A stretch of 64,000 nt of DNA from an uncultured beta proteobacterium (lineage in GTDB: Bacteria > Pseudomonadota > Gammaproteobacteria > Burkholderiales > Burkholderiaceae_E). The stretch lies in NCBI GenBank assembly GCA_963834335.1, contig CAWIBK010000002.1, forward strand, positions 1,661,525-1,725,524, in the 5' to 3' direction. Position numbers and translations under genes: made by a program. Positions 60,261 to 64,000 of the stretch are shown in pieces; the stretch's first letter is position 1; every line of letters starts with the position of its first letter. The notes under the pieces were generated by a model. The model ran no database searches. It was given only the letters and a program-made list of their open reading frames with translations, and was not told the origin of the DNA.

Positions 60261-60307
60261 GATTTCCTTGATTGACGCGAGGGCGCGAAGTTGGGTCCCG
60301 CCGCCGA

Positions 60308-61202
60308 TTATCCCATCCGGACATTGCTCTCAGTTGCACAAACGCAACAGGCTGTGACCAGTGCACCGCCATACCCTACCGGGGGGAGCGATTCACCCCC
60401 GGTCTTCGACTTGCGCCGCTTTTCCCGATCTTCAAGGTAGCCCGAATCGTCCGGATAGGGTGAGTCGTCCGAATAGCCGGAATCATCCTCCAGGGGCGGC
60501 GCCTCCGGCGGATTACCATCGTAGATCGCATTGCGGCGGCGCTGCAGCCAGCCGTCCCGGATCAGCGAATACGGGTCGAGCGCCGCCCCCAGGATCACCT
60601 TCTCGGCTTCCAGCAGGCCGGCACGCTCGCTGACCAGCCTCAGCCCGAACATCGAGTTGCGCACCGGCACATCGCTGAAGATCTGCGAAGTCGGACTGGC
60701 ATAGATGTCCACCGCCCGGGCCGGCGCGTCACGAATGGTGGACGGGCCCAGCAGGGGGATCACCAGGTACGGGCCCGACGGCACACCCCAGCAGTCCGAG
60801 CGTCTGGCCGAAATCCTCGTAATGCTTGGGCATGCCGATCGCGCTGGCCACGTCGGCAAACCCGGCGAAGCCCAGGGTGGAATTGACGACGAAGCGGGTG
60901 ACGTCGATCAGCGCGTCCCGCGGCTTGGCCTGCAGCAGGTTGTTGGCGCCGGTGTAGAGATCGTCCAGGTTGGAGAAGAAGCTCGTCACCACCAGCTGCA
61001 CCGTGAGCGGCACGTACTTCTGGTAGCCCTGGGCAACCGGCTTCAGCGTGTAACTGTCGACCGTGTCGTTGAACTGGTAGACCGCCCGGTTGAACGGCTC
61101 CAGGGGATCTCTCGGATTCGCCGCGCCACCGGTGGCGCAGCCGACGACGATCGGCAGCAGCAGTGCTGCGAACGAGCGCCGCAACAGGTCCGGCACCCTC
61201 AC
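60308..61202 (-). CDS. mlaA: MlaA/VacJ lipoprotein; +1 frameshift near 60794; C-terminus uncertain
   Basis: Lipobox VVGC, DPLEPFNR, EDFGQTLG then WGVPSGPYLVIPLLGPSTIRD in the shifted frame. Confidence 0.88.
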
Positions 61203-61684
61203 TTCTCCCCGCCGCCGGACTCGCCGTCCGAGGCTCGCCCGTAGAGGAACTGGCTGATCAGGTTCTCGAGCACGACCGCAGACTGGGTCAGGGTCACCTT
61301 GTCGCCGTTGCCGAGCAGCTTCTCTTCGGCGCCGGCCTCGATGCCGATGTACTGCTCGCCCAGCAGCCCGGCCGTCAGGATCTTGATGGAGGAGTCCTTC
61401 GGGAAGCGGTAGCGCGAGTCCATCGACAGTCGCACGTCGGCCTGGAAGGTCTTGGTGTCGAAATCGATGGAATCCACACGGCCGACGACGACACCGGCGC
61501 TGCGAACCGGCGCCCGCTCCTTGAGACCCCCGATATTGACGAAATACGCGCGCAGCTCGTAGCCGTCCCTCACGACGAAAGCACCCAGGTTGGCGGCGCG
61601 CAGCGCCAGGAAGAACAAGGCACCGATGCCGGCCAACACGAACAACCCGACCAGGATGTCCATCGAACGTCTTTTCATGCCCAT
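61199..61684 (-). CDS. mlaD: MCE-domain protein MlaD
   Basis: NIGGLK..APV..AGV.VGRV, TAGLLGEQY, TQSAVVLE. Confidence 0.95.
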   Translation of the reverse strand: MGMKRRSMDILVGLFVLAGIGALFFLALRAANLGAFVVRDGYELRAYFVNIGGLKERAPVRSAGVVVGRVDSIDFDTKTFQADVRLSMDSRYRFPKDSSIKILTAGLLGEQYIGIEAGAEEKLLGNGDKVTLTQSAVVLENLISQFLYGRASDGESGGGEK

Positions 61685-61714
61685 GCTATTTCCTGTTGGC
61701 CTCTCACGAGGCGG

Positions 61715-62498
61715 CTAGAAGCCGCCGAACATCAATCCGGTCAGCATGAAGTCGGACCCCAGCACCACCAGCGAGGATGCTACGACGGTGTCCGTGGTCG
61801 CGCGCGACACCCCCTCGGGCGTCGCGGTGGCCTCGTGGCCCACGAAGAGCGCGATGAAGGAGCAGATCACGCCGAAGATCATGCTCTTGACGACGCCGTT
61901 GCCGATGTCGTTGCGGATATCGACGCCGGCCTGCATCTGCGACCAGAACGAACCCGAATCCACCCCGATGATCTGCACGCCCACGATATAGGATCCCATG
62001 ACGCCCACCGCCGAGAACATGGCCGCCAGCAGCGGCATCGCTATCAGGCCGGCGACGAATCGCGGCGCCAGCACCCGTGCCATCGGGTCCACGCCCATCA
62101 TTTCCATCGCGGCCAGCTGTTCCCCGGCCTTCATCAGCCCGATGCCGGCAGTCAGCGATGTGCCGGCCCGGCCGGAGAACAGCAGGGCGGTCACCACCGG
62201 CCCCAGCTCTCTGGCTCAGGGACAAGGCCACCAGCAGCCCGAGCGCCTCCGACGAGCCGTAACGCTCCAGGGTGTAATAGCCCTGCAGGCCCAGGACGAA
62301 GCCGACGAAGAGACCGGAAATGGTGATGATCGAGAGCGAGCGATTGCCGATGAAGTACAGCTGCTCGATGATCAGCCGCGGCCGGCGCAGGCTGAGCAGC
62401 GACAGCCATGACAATCGCACCAGGAAGCGAAAACCGAATCCCAGGCCGACGAACCGGGCCAGCGCCCACCTGCCCAGCGCCGCGATATCGTCGATCAC
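61715..62498 (-). CDS. mlaE: Permease MlaE; +1 frameshift near 62213
   Basis: [17 protein letters not shown] across the shift, [21 protein letters not shown]. Confidence 0.9.
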
Positions 62499-63292
62499 TG
62501 GCCGAGTTCCTCTGCGATGGGCGACGCGGGATAGTGAAACGCCACCGGCCCGTCTGTGCGGCCTTTCAGGAACTGCGACACATACGGATCGGTCGAGGCC
62601 GTCAGTTCCTCGGGGGTGCCTTCGCCGATGACCTCGCCGCCACCCATCACATAGGCATAGTCCACGATGCTGAAGGTCTCCGCGACATCGTGGGTGACCA
62701 CCACGGTGGTGGCGCCCAGCGCCGAATTCAGATTCCTGATCAGGTGGGCGATGGTGCCCAGCGAAATAGGATCGAGGCCGGCGAACGGCTCGTCGTACAT
62801 CAGCAGCGGCGGGTCGAGTGCGATCGACCGCGCCAGCGCCACCCGCCGTGCCATGCCACCGGAGATCTCCGACGGCATCAGCCGGGAGGCGCCGCGCAAA
62901 CCGACCGCCTGCAGCTTCATCAATACGAGGTCGCGGATCATCGCGCTCGACAGGTCGGTATGCTCGCGCAAGGGGAAGGCTACGTTTTCATAGACGTTGA
63001 GGTCGGTGAACAGCGCCCCGTGCTGGAACAGCATGCCCATCTTCCTGCGGGCGGCATAGAGCCCGCGCCGGTCCAACTGGTGGATGTCCACGCCTTCCAG
63101 CATCACCCGGCCGGTCTTCGGTTTCACCTGGGCGCCGATCAGGCGCAATACCGTCGTCTTGCCGCACCCGGACCCCCCCATCAGGGCGACCACCGATCCC
63201 CTGCGAAAGCGCAGGTTGATGTTCTTCAGGATCAGGCGCTCGGTGTAGCCGAAGCTGAGCGACTCGACGGAGAGGAAAGTATCGTTGTCCAA
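62495..63292 (-). CDS. mlaF: ABC ATPase MlaF
   Basis: GGSGCGKTT, MLFQHGALF, ISGGMARR, YDEPFAGLDP. Confidence 0.95.
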   Translation of the reverse strand: MDNDTFLSVESLSFGYTERLILKNINLRFRRGSVVALMGGSGCGKTTVLRLIGAQVKPKTGRVMLEGVDIHQLDRRGLYAARRKMGMLFQHGALFTDLNVYENVAFPLREHTDLSSAMIRDLVLMKLQAVGLRGASRLMPSEISGGMARRVALARSIALDPPLLMYDEPFAGLDPISLGTIAHLIRNLNSALGATTVVVTHDVAETFSIVDYAYVMGGGEVIGEGTPEELTASTDPYVSQFLKGRTDGPVAFHYPASPIAEELGQ

Positions 63293-63528
63293 AGGGGAGC
63301 GGCGGCTTGAGTCCGGCGTGGCTACGGGCAGTTTCGAACCGGGTACGGCAAGCGGTTACGGTTGCCAATACGGCAAACTGGGCGGATTCTACTGCCTGGC
63401 GGCAAGGTCGAGGCTCCAACGAGCCTGTCGGAGCATGGGAAGGGGCCGCGCTCGTGGCAAATCGGCCGAATCGGACAAATCAGCGCCGACCGGCTGACAT
63501 TGGCCCTCTCCTTCTGCCGCGCAGCCTC

Positions 63529-64000
63529 CTAGCGGCGCAGCAGGTTCGCCTCCGCGCTGCTCACCTGCTCGACGGTGCCGGCCAGCACCAGGGTGTCCCC
63601 GACTTCGATGTCGAGGTCCGGCGACGGATCGACGATCCGCCTGCCCGAACGCACCATGGCGGTCACGCGGCAACTGCCGATCGGCAGTTGCGCCAGGGTC
63701 ATGCCTACCGCGGCCACGTCCGGCTGAACCGTTACCGTGTGCAGGCGCTGGTGGGTCTCCTCGATGTTTTCGGCATCCCGGTCGTCGGCGCCGTGGAAGT
63801 AGCCGCGCAGCATCTGGTAGCGGTCGTCCCGGATCGAGCGGATCCGCTTGAGCACCCGTGGCAGGGGGACGCCGCTCAACGCGAGCGCATGCGAGGCCAG
63901 CATCAGGCTCCCCTCCACGATCTCCGGCACCACCTCGGTGGCGCCGGCCGCCCGGAGCCGTTCGAGGTCGCTGTCGGAAGTGGTGCGCACCAGCACCGGC
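63529..64000 (-). CDS. C-terminal TrkA-N/TrkA-C part of a probable CPA2 cation:proton antiporter, 5' end outside the window
   Basis: L..AGATEVVPE..EGSLML, RY.MLRGYFHG, C-terminal RCK-C (GDTLVLAG). Confidence 0.8.
   Translation of the reverse strand, partial: PVLVRTTSDSDLERLRAAGATEVVPEIVEGSLMLASHALALSGVPLPRVLKRIRSIRDDRYQMLRGYFHGADDRDAENIEETHQRLHTVTVQPDVAAVGMTLAQLPIGSCRVTAMVRSGRRIVDPSPDLDIEVGDTLVLAGTVEQVSSAEANLLRR

Overview
High-GC betaproteobacterial DNA; the synteny of the right arm suggests Burkholderiales. A tRNA-Thr(UGU) gene at 39544-39619 splits the window into two parts. Left (1-39.4 kb) is an accessory catabolic mosaic abutting the tRNA 3' end, with five modules: (i) IclR, two MaoC-type dehydratases, a TTT binding protein and a CoA transferase; (ii) a Liv-type ABC transporter with an SDR and MmgE/PrpD, convergent on an E1a-E1b-ECH-E2-ACAD-acyl-CoA synthetase-TetR operon that has no thiolase or E3; (iii) LysR, HpaE-like ALDH, a Tat lipoprotein esterase, HpaD-like dioxygenase and an FAH-family gene; (iv) a hydroxycinnamate (cou/fcs-like) module whose fcs looks damaged; (v) a SELENBP1-like SBP56, 2Fe-2S ferredoxin, CoA-binding protein, single-Cys OsmC and flavin monooxygenase cluster. 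Right (39.6-64 kb) is core genome: sspAB, petABC, mscL, Nif3, degQ/S, tatABC, his operon, murA, bolA, yadGH-like ABC, mlaFEDACB and a partial CPA2 antiporter. Best leads are the SBP56 five-gene putative organosulfur module, an apparent in-frame hisD-hisC fusion, and the thiolase-less beta-oxidation/TPP cluster. About eight single-base frameshifts (mostly +1, three in mla core genes) point to residual sequencing error, which limits pseudogene and fusion calls. All family assignments come from motif recognition by eye; no database searches were run.
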